From Microcoleaceae cyanobacterium (GTDB lineage Bacteria; Cyanobacteriota; Cyanobacteriia; Cyanobacteriales; Microcoleaceae), in assembly GCA_051652765.1 (NCBI GenBank), contig JBOFUV010000046.1, positions 1 to 23,702 of the forward strand: a stretch of 23,702 nucleotides of DNA, given 5' to 3'. Numbering within the stretch: position 1 is the stretch's first letter; every line of letters begins with the position of its first letter. Of this stretch, positions 15,347 to 23,702 are shown piece by piece. The notes below the pieces were generated by a model. It made no database searches and was not told the DNA's origin. It saw only the letters and a program-made list of their open reading frames with translations. The position numbers and the translations under genes were made by a program.

Positions 15347-17788
15347 TTATGGTTGAGGATTAGGCAATTCATCCGTCGAAGATTCTGGTTCAACTTCGAC
15401 CTTGCTCAGGCGCAACAGCATTTGCCAATCTCGAATCAATTCACTTGACCACAACCAGTGACGGGCTAGGGCCGGAGCCTTAAAAACATCCTGTCCTTCT
15501 AGCAGTACCTTGTCACAGAATTTAGCAGCCTTGTCATAGCGGATGGCTTGTTCTTCTGGGGGGAGATTTGCGGCTGACTTCATCAGTGCTAATCCCAACC
15601 CGGCATAGGTGGTTAACAATTGCTGTTTAACGTTCAAAGCCTCGGCTGTGACTTCAGTTGATCCATTCACTTTGTTCTGAGCCAGAATAGCTTTCTCTTG
15701 ATCCACGATAGTTATCCAAGTTTGGTAGGCTTGCTCAAGATTCCCTTCACTGTAATAAGCAAATCCCAGGGCATTGCGATATTCCAGAGATTTGGGATCT
15801 TGTTGAACCGCTCTTGCCCAAAACCGTCTGGCATCATCCAGAGTATATTCAGGACTGCCCTGTTGGATGGATTGCCATGCCAATCGCCCCTGCAGAAAGT
15901 TGAGTTGAGCAGTATCGTTGTCTGGGCTGGGAACAGCACCCAAGGCGGCTTTGGCTGCTGATAGCGCCCCCCGATCCAAAAGTTCTGCCGTGGCTTCCGC
16001 TCCTGCGGCCAAATTCCCTTGATGGAATTGTTCAACTGCAATCCCCAACACATAGTCTGTTCTAGCTGCTTCTAGATTGGTAGCTTGTTCTCCAGGAGTT
16101 GAAGCATTCAGAGTTGGGGGCAGATTTTGAGTCGTATTCGCCCGTTGCCATCCCCACTGAACCCCCCAAATTCCCAGAGCTATTGGAATTGACAGCAGAG
16201 TCAGGGGGAGCCACTGCCGCAACCGTGGGCGTTGGGTCGAACCTGGACTTAAAACAGGTTGATTCCTCCGGGGCGGCAATGCGGCTAAGGGCTTCTGTGC
16301 CAGTTCAGGTCTCGCTGAATAGGGAGCATTCGTTTGCAGCTTCCGCAATTCACTCCCGATAAAATTTAGATCTGCGGGGGTCTCTCCATTCTTGTAGCTA
16401 TCGTAATCCTCGTCGGAGAACTGCTCAATGGTGTCTACAGAGTCGTCTTCGTCCCATTCTTCAAACGCCTGTGACCCCTTGGAAACTGGAGCAAAAGCAA
16501 AGTCAAATTCTGAGGGTAAGGCATGATCTAGGGAAACTGGCTCTGGGCTTTTGGCTAAATTCTGTCCCGTTTGTCGAGTTGTAAGGTAGCCGTCAAATTC
16601 ACGATGAAGATAGAGGATGGGCAAGGCCCAATAAAGCTGATGAGATCCATAGGCGGAAATTAATCCCTGTCTGGCCCGACTCAAACTCAGATCCACCGGA
16701 TGCCCTTGATTTAAGTTACGGTACAGCAAGCGGGTCAACGTGAGAGCCACTTCATCTGGAATGCGTTCAGCCATCGCCAAAACGCCAGGAATTCCCCGCC
16801 GCACCAAGGTTTCCGCTAAATTCAAGGCGGCGCTGTCCTCTTCTCCCAAAGGCTGAACGGGATTGCCATAGGCTCCCCGACAGGAATTTAACACAGCCAA
16901 TTGCACCCCGTTATTCACCAACAACCCCGCCAGATCGTCTCCGCTGAGGGTTTCTGTCAGTCCAGTGCGACGATTTACCAAATACAACTCCCCTCCAGAA
17001 GTACTGAGATTGCTATGTCCAGCGTAGTGGAAGACCTGATACTTGCCTTGCTCTAAAGTTTGGGTAAGCTGCTCTCGATCGGGTTGTTCAAGAATAGTGA
17101 GCTGAATTGCAGGGTCACCGTTGCCTCGTTCAAAGGGATGAAGGGCTCCTCGCTTGCCGTCAGATTGTAACTCTTCTTGAAGGTGCAGCACTTCCCGTTT
17201 GAGTTCCAGGCGTTCTTGGTCACTGGGAGTGGCGATCGCAATCAAAATCCTTAAGGGTTGATTGGGAGGGAGAACATGGGTATGCAGGATCGACCCAGTG
17301 CCCAGTTGATAGCGGGAAAAGACAACATCGGTTCCCGTTGCCAGGGGGCGATCGCCTGCATGGAGTACTTCCCAGGGCAAACTGGAAAGTTGCTTACCCT
17401 TGATTCCCAATCGCAGTTGGAGCAATTCCCGACGGTTCTGGGCAATGGCTTGGGCACAAGTCCAGCTATCGCGCATGGTTCCCTGAAACAGGCCATTGTA
17501 GAGTCTCTGGCCTAAATCAACCAAGTTCAGGCTGGGCTGTTGAGGAAGGGGAAACAGGGAGAGATCAGACTGGGAAGGTGTATTTCTGGAGAGGGGAGCA
17601 ACCGGTTGACCCGCTAAAATTCCCAGCAGCGGATCACTCATCAACTGACCCGTAGAGGTGAGCCAAGCTGAAACGGGCCATCTTACCTGTTCTTCGGCCA
17701 AGGGAACACCCGATGCCACCTTTTCAGTTCGCACCAAGTACTCATCATTGCCAATTGAGGTTACGGAAACATGAAACTCCTGAGTCAT
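15347..17788 (-). CDS. hetF: HetF-family CHAT (caspase-like) protease with a transmembrane helix and TPR-like C-terminus
   Basis: The N-terminus MTQEFHVSVT..YLVRTEKVASGVPLAEEQVRWPV resembles cyanobacterial HetF as I recall it. CHAT motifs LPWEVL, FHYAGHS, LNSC and YWALPILY are present, then a TM (WLPLTLLSIPIALGIWGV) and TPR-like YRNALGFAYYSEG. The start is ATG 17788 or GTG 17794. Confidence 0.85.
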   Translation of the reverse strand: MTQEFHVSVTSIGNDEYLVRTEKVASGVPLAEEQVRWPVSAWLTSTGQLMSDPLLGILAGQPVAPLSRNTPSQSDLSLFPLPQQPSLNLVDLGQRLYNGLFQGTMRDSWTCAQAIAQNRRELLQLRLGIKGKQLSSLPWEVLHAGDRPLATGTDVVFSRYQLGTGSILHTHVLPPNQPLRILIAIATPSDQERLELKREVLHLQEELQSDGKRGALHPFERGNGDPAIQLTILEQPDREQLTQTLEQGKYQVFHYAGHSNLSTSGGELYLVNRRTGLTETLSGDDLAGLLVNNGVQLAVLNSCRGAYGNPVQPLGEEDSAALNLAETLVRRGIPGVLAMAERIPDEVALTLTRLLYRNLNQGHPVDLSLSRARQGLISAYGSHQLYWALPILYLHREFDGYLTTRQTGQNLAKSPEPVSLDHALPSEFDFAFAPVSKGSQAFEEWDEDDSVDTIEQFSDEDYDSYKNGETPADLNFIGSELRKLQTNAPYSARPELAQKPLAALPPRRNQPVLSPGSTQRPRLRQWLPLTLLSIPIALGIWGVQWGWQRANTTQNLPPTLNASTPGEQATNLEAARTDYVLGIAVEQFHQGNLAAGAEATAELLDRGALSAAKAALGAVPSPDNDTAQLNFLQGRLAWQSIQQGSPEYTLDDARRFWARAVQQDPKSLEYRNALGFAYYSEGNLEQAYQTWITIVDQEKAILAQNKVNGSTEVTAEALNVKQQLLTTYAGLGLALMKSAANLPPEEQAIRYDKAAKFCDKVLLEGQDVFKAPALARHWLWSSELIRDWQMLLRLSKVEVEPESSTDELPNPQP

Positions 17789-18137
17789 CGTCACTTATCC
17801 ACACCAGTTAAAAGGCTGAGGACAACAAGCCAACTAAAATTTGGAACATCTTGCTTAGAAAATCTGATCTAGAACAGGTTGCTGAAAATTTTCCGAGGAA
17901 CTTCGCGGGAACCGCATCAGAGATCTAGACTCCAAATCAGAGCAATTTGCTCCCAATCTCTAGATTAGCGAAAGATTCGTTAACATTGACGACTGCCTGA
18001 ACTCCGTTATGTGAACCAACTTACACAACCCATAGCACAAGATTAACAAAATACTAGAAACGTTCTCTACAGAACCCTGTGTCCCCCAAATCCCAAACTC
18101 CACAGACCCGATCAATCTGCCAGCAATCTATCACGGC

Positions 18138-18164
18138 AAAAAAGGGCATCCCTCGGATACCCCT
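18138..18164 (-). terminator. Rho-independent terminator downstream of gnd
   Basis: The minus strand reads GGGTATCC-GAG-GGATGCCC-TTTTTT: an 8-bp stem with one G-U pair plus a U6 tract, about 40 nt after the gnd stop. Confidence 0.8.
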
Positions 18165-18203
18165 GTTGTAGCATTCTTTTTGGAATTTGTAATCTACCCA
18201 AAT

Positions 18204-19628
18204 TTAGTCTGGAGCCCACTCTGTGTGGAAGAACTCACCTCGGGGTTTATCAATCCGTTCATAGGTGTGAGCCCCGAAGTAATCCCGTTGAGCCTGAGTC
18301 AGGTTCTGGGGCAGGGTTGCTCGACGGTAGCTATCAAAGTAATCTAGGGACGAACTAAAGGCCGGAACAGGAATCCCCAAGGTATTGGACATGACTAGTA
18401 CCTCACGCCATGCCCCTTGCCGATCGAGAATCGTTTGTTTAAACTCCGGTGCCAGCAGCAAGTTGGGCAGACTGGGGTTCTGCTTGAACGCATCCTTGAT
18501 CTTGTTCAAAAATCCAGCCCGGATAATACAGCCTCCCTTCCAGATTCGAGCCGTTTCGCTCAGGTTTAAGTTGTAGTTAAACTCCTGGGAAGCCTTACTC
18601 AACAAGGCCATGCCCTGGGCATAAGAACAAATCTTTGAGCAATATAGGGCATCTCGAATCTTGTTTACAAATGCCTTGATATCGCCTTCGTACTTGCCTG
18701 TTGGCCCCGGCAATTCCTTGGACGCGATCACTCGTTCATCTTTGTAAGACGACATAATCCGACCGTTTACAGCCGCAATAATTGTTGGAATACAAACCCC
18801 TAGTTCCAGAGCGGACATCACGGTCCAACGCCCTGTTCCCTTTTGTCCAGCCGCATCCACAATTAAGTCAATTAGATGCTGACCTGTGCCCTGATCATCG
18901 ATCTTCTTGAAGATGTCTGCTGTAATTTCAATCAGGAAGGAATTGAGTTCATCAGTTGTATTCCACTCCGTAAAGACTTCGTGGAGCTGTTCGTTCGTAA
19001 GTCCGAGGCCATTTTTGAGGAGGTCATAGGCTTCTGCAATCAACTGCATATCGCCATATTCAATGCCGTTATGCACCATTTTGACGTAGTGACCTGCTCC
19101 CCCCGGCCCAATAAAGGTAACACAAGGGCCATCGTCTACTTGAGCTGCAATTTTAGTCAAGATAGGCTCTAGTTCCTTGTAGGAGGCTTCAGTCCCTCCC
19201 GGCATTAGGCTTGGCCCCCAAAGTGCGCCTTCTTCGCCCCCACTCACCCCCATGCCCATGAACCCGAGTCCTGTCGCTTCTAACTCTTGGGTACGGCGTT
19301 CAGTGTCTTCATAGAGCGAGTTTCCCCCATCGATGATCATGTCATCTTTATCCAACAGGGGCTTGAGCTGATCAATGACCGCATCAACAGGCTTGCCCGC
19401 CTTTACCATGACCAGAATTCTGCGGGGACGTTCTAGGGATTGAACAAATTCTTCCAAAGTATAGGCTGCTTTAACATTCTTACCCTCCGCCCGATTTTTC
19501 ATGAACTCATCGGTTTTAGCACCAGTGCGATTATAGACTGCAACCGGAAAGCCATTGCGCTCAACATTGAGCGCCAAGTTCTCTCCCATAACCGCGAGAC
19601 CAATTACACCAAACTTTTGCTGTGTCAT
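18204..19628 (-). CDS. gnd: NADP-dependent 6-phosphogluconate dehydrogenase, decarboxylating
   Basis: Motifs GVIGLAVMGENLALN, YNRT, IDGGN, GVSGGEEGA, KMVHNGIEYGDMQ, QKGTGRW and AQRDYFGAHTY. Confidence 0.98.
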   Translation of the reverse strand: MTQQKFGVIGLAVMGENLALNVERNGFPVAVYNRTGAKTDEFMKNRAEGKNVKAAYTLEEFVQSLERPRRILVMVKAGKPVDAVIDQLKPLLDKDDMIIDGGNSLYEDTERRTQELEATGLGFMGMGVSGGEEGALWGPSLMPGGTEASYKELEPILTKIAAQVDDGPCVTFIGPGGAGHYVKMVHNGIEYGDMQLIAEAYDLLKNGLGLTNEQLHEVFTEWNTTDELNSFLIEITADIFKKIDDQGTGQHLIDLIVDAAGQKGTGRWTVMSALELGVCIPTIIAAVNGRIMSSYKDERVIASKELPGPTGKYEGDIKAFVNKIRDALYCSKICSYAQGMALLSKASQEFNYNLNLSETARIWKGGCIIRAGFLNKIKDAFKQNPSLPNLLLAPEFKQTILDRQGAWREVLVMSNTLGIPVPAFSSSLDYFDSYRRATLPQNLTQAQRDYFGAHTYERIDKPRGEFFHTEWAPD

Positions 19629-19749
19629 AAACCATTACTCTACAACGATTACTTGTATTATTTGGGAACAGATACACTAGTACAGCCTTCACCTTATCGC
19701 CATTTTTTTCAAGAGATAACACCGATCATATTTTCTTCAAGATTCTAAT

Positions 19750-19763
19750 GTATATTCCAATAC
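19750..19763. promoter_or_regulatory. Possible NtcA box (GTA-N8-TAC) upstream of gnd
   Basis: GTA TATTCCAA TAC lies ~122 nt upstream of the gnd ATG. A minus-strand TATGAT (19730-19725) follows after 19 nt, shorter than the usual 22-23 nt. Confidence 0.3.
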
Positions 19764-20278
19764 TGAATTAATTTAGATTTTTTGGGTACAGCTATATTAG
19801 GTCAAAATATTGGGTTAATATTAGGTCAAAAAGATATTGAAAAGAGTTAAAAATAATTTAAGTATTAACATTCAAGTCTTGATATTCAAACAGGGATTTG
19901 TTTCGGGAAATTGCTGACAAAGTTGTAAGTGATTTAGGTTGCCTAAGGCTCCTGAACAGCCAAACCTTAAGCCCTCATTAACCCTCATTAACTAATAATA
20001 TCTGGTCAGGTTAAAATTTTTCATGAAGGAAATCCCATCAGAAAATTAGCTATTCAGGCCAGGAAAGACCTAAGGCTGAGGCTTCCTGAACCTTACGTCA
20101 ACCAGCTTGCTTAACTTTTGCGATCACTATGGATTTTTCCTCCGTGCGCTAACGATACTTTCGCTGTGAGGTTTTTGATTTAATTCCAAGACTCAGGGAC
20201 TATATCGTAATCTTGTTTGCATCACGAATATAAAACGGGAACCTTACCCGCACCCGATCGAAACGGCAACAAATGAAT

Positions 20279-21730
20279 TCAAAGCTGGCCAAACCCTTTC
20301 TTTTTCTTGGTCGGCTTTTTCTTTTTCCCCGGTGCTCCACCGGGATACCCTCGCCAGCCAGATGGAGGCATACCCATTCCTGGCATTCCCTCCATTCCTG
20401 GCATTCCTCCCATTCCTGGAAACCCCCCCTGACCCATTTGCTGCATCATTGTTCGCATCCGCTGAAAATCGCTCACCAGTTTCATCACATCCTTTTCACC
20501 ATAGCCCGAACCCTTAGCAATTCGCTTCCGGCGGGAGGGAGCTGAACGGGAACTCGCCAACAGTTCAGGGGTCTTGCGCTCCTCTAGGGTCATAGAGTTA
20601 ATCATGGCTTCACAGCGTTTGAGTTGGGCTTCCCCTTGTTCAATTTGTGCCTGGGGAATTTTGCTCATTCCTGGAATCAACTTCATCAGTCCCCCCAAGG
20701 AACCCATGTTTTTCATCAACCGAGTCTGTTTGAGGAAATCAGTAAAGTCAAATTTGGCCTCCAGGATCTTCTGCTGCATTTTCTCAGCATCGGCTAGGTC
20801 AAACTCTTCTTGGGCTTTCTCCACTAGGGTGAGAACATCCCCCATGCCCAGAATCCGGGAGGCCATCCGATCAGGATAAAACGGTTGCAGGGCTTCTACC
20901 TTTTCCCCCACTCCAACAAACTTAATTGGCGCACCCGAAATCCGCCGAATGGATAGGGCAGCCCCCCCTCGGCTATCCCCATCCATTTTGGTGAGAATTG
21001 CCCCCGTAATTCCAATTTCATCGTTAAAAGTCCGGGTGAGGGTTGCGGCTTCTTGACCTGTCATCGCATCAACGACCAACAGCGTTTCGTGAGGCTTAAT
21101 CGTTTTCTTGATCTGGGCCAGTTCGGCCATCATGTCCTGGTCGATTTGCAACCGCCCCGCCGTGTCAATGATCACCGTATCGATGCCCTCAGCCTTGGCC
21201 CGTTCCACCCCTTGACGGGCAATTTCTACCGGATTTGCATCTGTACCCAGATCAAAGACAGGAACCTGAATCTGTTTCCCGAGGGTTTTTAACTGTTCAA
21301 TCGCAGCGGGTCGGTAAACATCGGTTGCGACCAACAACACATTACGATTTTCTTTCCGCAAGTGCAACGCCAACTTGGCTGAAGCCGTTGTTTTCCCAGT
21401 TCCCTGCAATCCCGCCATCAACACAATTGTTGGGGCAGTTTCGGCTTGTATCAGGGGAACGTTGCTCTCTCCCATGACTTCTACCAATTTCTCATGGACA
21501 ACTTTGATAAACTGTTGTCCAGGCCGAACCCCCGACAGAACCTGCTCTCCCTGGGCCTTTTCCCCAACTTCCGCAACAAATTCCTTGACCACTTGAAGGT
21601 TGACATCCGCCTCTAGCAAAGCACGGCGGACTTCCTTGAGGGCATCTTGGATATTGGATTCGGAGAGTTTGTCCTGACCTCGAAGCTTCTTCCAGGCTGA
21701 CTCTAAGCGTTCAGAGAGAGCATCAAACAT
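20279..21730 (-). CDS. ffh: Signal recognition particle protein Ffh (SRP54)
   Basis: MFDALSERL, GLQGTGKTT, DTAGR, TKMDGDSRGGAALS, an M domain, and a G/M/P-rich plus KKKKGFG C-terminal tail. Confidence 0.98.
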   Translation of the reverse strand: MFDALSERLESAWKKLRGQDKLSESNIQDALKEVRRALLEADVNLQVVKEFVAEVGEKAQGEQVLSGVRPGQQFIKVVHEKLVEVMGESNVPLIQAETAPTIVLMAGLQGTGKTTASAKLALHLRKENRNVLLVATDVYRPAAIEQLKTLGKQIQVPVFDLGTDANPVEIARQGVERAKAEGIDTVIIDTAGRLQIDQDMMAELAQIKKTIKPHETLLVVDAMTGQEAATLTRTFNDEIGITGAILTKMDGDSRGGAALSIRRISGAPIKFVGVGEKVEALQPFYPDRMASRILGMGDVLTLVEKAQEEFDLADAEKMQQKILEAKFDFTDFLKQTRLMKNMGSLGGLMKLIPGMSKIPQAQIEQGEAQLKRCEAMINSMTLEERKTPELLASSRSAPSRRKRIAKGSGYGEKDVMKLVSDFQRMRTMMQQMGQGGFPGMGGMPGMEGMPGMGMPPSGWRGYPGGAPGKKKKPTKKKKGFGQL

Positions 21731-21741
21731 AGGGTGAGTTT

Positions 21742-21769
21742 CTGATGTAGCAAAACTGATGTAGCAAAA
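21742..21769. repeat. Perfect 14-bp duplication CTGATGTAGCAAAA x2 in the ffh leader
   Basis: Units at 21742-21755 and 21756-21769, 11 nt upstream of the ffh ATG. Confidence 0.9.
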
Positions 21770-21924
21770 CCTAAACCTTCATTTTAATTGCTAAAGCGGT
21801 TGAATTGTTAGGTTTAGTTAAAATTGACCGCAATTCTCTTGATGGCACGAGTCTACTGGATTCCAGGGATTTGTCGGATTGCAACTCATGATCAAAGCTT
21901 CTTTGGGTAAGGGTTTTAAGGATC

Positions 21925-22034
21925 TCACTTTTTAGAGATCATTTTAGAAGTCATTTTAGAGATCACCTTAGAAGTCATTTTAGAAGTCATCTTGGAAATC
22001 ACCTTAGAAATCATCTTGGAAATCACTTCGAAAA
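21925..22034. repeat. Intergenic tandem array of ~9 degenerate 12-bp units (consensus TCAYYTTRGARR)
   Basis: Units at 21939, 21951, 21963, 21975, 21987, 21999, 22011 and 22023, plus an imperfect unit at 21925; no spacers. Confidence 0.92.
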
Positions 22035-22159
22035 TGAGAATTACTTTGGATCAAGCGACCGCGATATTCCAGTTTGCCGTCTCTCAGGAGTTCGGTTCTA
22101 ACGACTGGGCTACTCCAGGCGGGTTGTTACAGTAGAAATAAGTTAAGCCGTTCCCTCAA

Positions 22160-22181
22160 AATAGTTAACAAATAGTTAACA
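22160..22181. repeat. Perfect 11-bp direct repeat AATAGTTAACA x2 upstream of the DUF760 gene
   Basis: Units at 22160-22170 and 22171-22181. Confidence 0.85.
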
Positions 22182-22234
22182 CACTATTGATGAGTGAGGA
22201 ACGTTCCAGAATACTATTCGTAGGATTTAAAAAG

Positions 22235-22588
22235 ATGGATATGAGTTCTACACCCAATCGTCAGCCAGAATTCTTTGGTCAAGAGGGTGCGGAGGGAGGA
22301 AATTTACTCTGGCAATACGTTCAAGCGATGAACGCTGAGACTATTTCTCAACTCTCCAAACCCACCTCGTCTGAAGTGTTTCAAGTCATGGAACGGAACA
22401 TTGTGGGGTTGTTGGGAGGTCTGCCCTCAGAGCATTTTGAGATCTCGGTGACGACCAGTCGGGAACATCTCGGTCGCTTAATGGCTTCGGCGATGATGAG
22501 TGGTTATTTCATTCGAAATGCAGAACAGCGGATGGCTTTTGAGCGATCCTTGCAAGCCACGGCCCACGACAAAGACCTCAAACCCTAA
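22235..22588 (+). CDS. DUF760 domain-containing protein
   Basis: NLLWQYVQ..LSKPTSSEVFQVMERNIVGLLGGLP..TSREHLGRLMASAMMSGYFIRNAEQR is typical of DUF760. The start is ATG 22235 (AGGA 9 nt upstream) or 22241; the ORF track extends it to 22187. Confidence 0.85.
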   Translation: MDMSSTPNRQPEFFGQEGAEGGNLLWQYVQAMNAETISQLSKPTSSEVFQVMERNIVGLLGGLPSEHFEISVTTSREHLGRLMASAMMSGYFIRNAEQRMAFERSLQATAHDKDLKP

Positions 22589-22692
22589 ATCTGACTCTTT
22601 CTGATCCGGGATAACCGCCCATAAAATCTGCTGGGACTCAGCTTATGATGGGTAGAACTGAAGCAAGGTTATCCTGATGTGAGGAGTCAGCT

Positions 22693-23700
22693 ATGGTGAG
22701 TTGGAAGCAAACTTCCACCGATTTTTTGGGGAGCGATCGCCTGAGCCTAGCATTGAGAGGAAGAGAAGCCTATGGGGGAATTCATCAACGGGCTTGGGTT
22801 GAAGTCGATTTAGCCGCAATTGCCGAGAATGTCCAACAGATTAAAACCCTGCTCTCTCCTCAAACAGGGCTAATGGCAGTTGTCAAGGCGGATGCCTATG
22901 GTCATGGTGCCACTTTTGTAGCTCAAATCCTGAGTCAAGCTGGGGTGAGTGGATTTGCCATAGCCACGATTCCTGAAGGGATTGAGCTACGAGAAGCTGG
23001 GATTAACAAGCCAATTTTAGTCTTGGGGGCAGTCCATACCCCAGACGAGGTCAGAGCGATCGCCCACTGGCAGTTGCAGCCCACCCTCTGCACTCCCCAA
23101 CAAGCCTTGTTATTCTCCGCAACCCTCAGCAGTTTGAATCAATCCCTAGCCGTTCAACTCAATATTGATACTGGCATGTCTCGTTTGGGGACTCCCTGGC
23201 AGCAGACGCTGGAATTTGTACAACTGGTTCGACGGTTGCCCAATCTGACGATTGCGGGGATTTACTCTCACTTTGCGACAGCAGACGATCCTGACCCTAC
23301 TATTTTGCAACAGCAGCATCAACGGTTCAAACAGGTGATCACTGAAGTTCAGGCCACTGGATATTGGGATTGGAACACTCGGCGATCGCTATCAAATTCC
23401 AGGGAAATGGCTAGACAACCCTTGGAGGTTAGGCATTTTTCAGAACAGAATTTTCTAGAGCAGAATTTTCTAGAACAGAATATTTCAGAACAGCAACCGC
23501 TACAAACCGTTAAGCCTGCCCGTCCCCTATTGCATATTGCCAACTCCGCTGCGACCCTAACTAATCAGACTCTTCATCATGATCTAGTACGGGTGGGCCT
23601 CGCGCTTTATGGTCTGTATCCAGCGCCGCACCTGAAATCCGCCGTTTGTCTAAAACCTGCTTTGCAAGTTAAGGCTAGGATTACCCAGGTCAAATCCATT
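22693..23700 (+). CDS. alr: Alanine racemase; 3' end outside the window
   Basis: Absent from the ORF track because no stop lies in the window. GAGGAG SD at 22681 and ATG at 22693. Motifs: RAWVEVDL, PLP-lysine AVVKADAYGHG, DTGMSRLG, GIYSHFATAD, LHIANSAA and VRVGLALYG. Confidence 0.96.
   Translation, partial: MVSWKQTSTDFLGSDRLSLALRGREAYGGIHQRAWVEVDLAAIAENVQQIKTLLSPQTGLMAVVKADAYGHGATFVAQILSQAGVSGFAIATIPEGIELREAGINKPILVLGAVHTPDEVRAIAHWQLQPTLCTPQQALLFSATLSSLNQSLAVQLNIDTGMSRLGTPWQQTLEFVQLVRRLPNLTIAGIYSHFATADDPDPTILQQQHQRFKQVITEVQATGYWDWNTRRSLSNSREMARQPLEVRHFSEQNFLEQNFLEQNISEQQPLQTVKPARPLLHIANSAATLTNQTLHHDLVRVGLALYGLYPAPHLKSAVCLKPALQVKARITQVKSI
23437..23496 (+). repeat. Four in-frame 15-nt units inside alr (FSEQN-FLEQN-FLEQN-ISEQQ)
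   Basis: TTTTCAGAACAGAAT TTTCTAGAGCAGAAT TTTCTAGAACAGAAT ATTTCAGAACAGCAA. Confidence 0.9.
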
Positions 23701-23702
23701 GA

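Larger units (their letters stand above)
135..23389. repeat. Dispersed HIP1 octamers (GCGATCGC), at least 13 copies
   Basis: Seen at 135, 765, 1809, 3403, 6505, 9647, 10604, 12788, 17232, 17348, 22733, 23056 and 23382 (manual count, may be incomplete). HIP1 is a hallmark of cyanobacterial DNA. Confidence 0.9.

Noticed and set aside
20373..20420. GGMPGM repeats at the Ffh C-terminus as a novelty
   Set aside because: G/M/P-rich tails are usual for Ffh in cyanobacteria.
4706..21596. Remaining 60-145 aa ORFs nested in wzm, wzt, the giant gene, hetF, gnd and ffh
   Set aside because: They overlap well-supported genes and show no independent coding evidence. The HSW repeats in 20273..20545 are just the antisense of the Ffh GMP tail.
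21925..22034. CRISPR array or small protein gene in the 12-bp repeat
   Set aside because: The units are contiguous with no spacers and no cas genes are present. The open frames lack an upstream start codon or are very short.
23362..23512. Intein or intron in alr
   Set aside because: Too short, with no C/S...HN-C/S/T splice motifs and no recognisable group I/II features; the frame is simply preserved.
23349..23543. 64-aa Cys-rich minus ORF (FCSRK repeats)
   Set aside because: It is the antisense reading of the alr repeat insertion.

Overview
Cyanobacterial chromosomal window, judged from at least 13 HIP1 GCGATCGC octamers and cyanobacterial-type hetF, ffh, DUF760 and alr genes. From left to right: (i) a minus-strand pair of an SPFH/flotillin-family protein overlapping a Ser/Thr kinase-WD40 gene, which runs off the left edge and has degenerate catalytic residues; (ii) a compact plus-strand surface-glycan locus with wzm, wzt (C-terminal Wzt_C-like domain), a methyltransferase/coiled-coil protein and a 2092-aa sulfotransferase/coiled-coil/2 repeats/GT2/GT2/GT4/methyltransferase protein, followed by an ABC ATPase without its own permease; (iii) housekeeping genes: a hetF-like CHAT protease, gnd, ffh, DUF760 and alr (runs off the right edge, with an ~50-aa repeat-containing insertion). 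The best candidate for an undescribed system is the Wzm/Wzt locus, which looks like a single-protein glycan polymerase with coiled-coil rulers and sulfate and/or methyl capping. The SPFH plus probable pseudokinase pair is a second candidate. Short 9-15 bp tandem expansions are frequent inside and between genes. No rRNA, tRNA, CRISPR array or mobile element was recognised. All calls come from reading motifs by eye; no database search was run.
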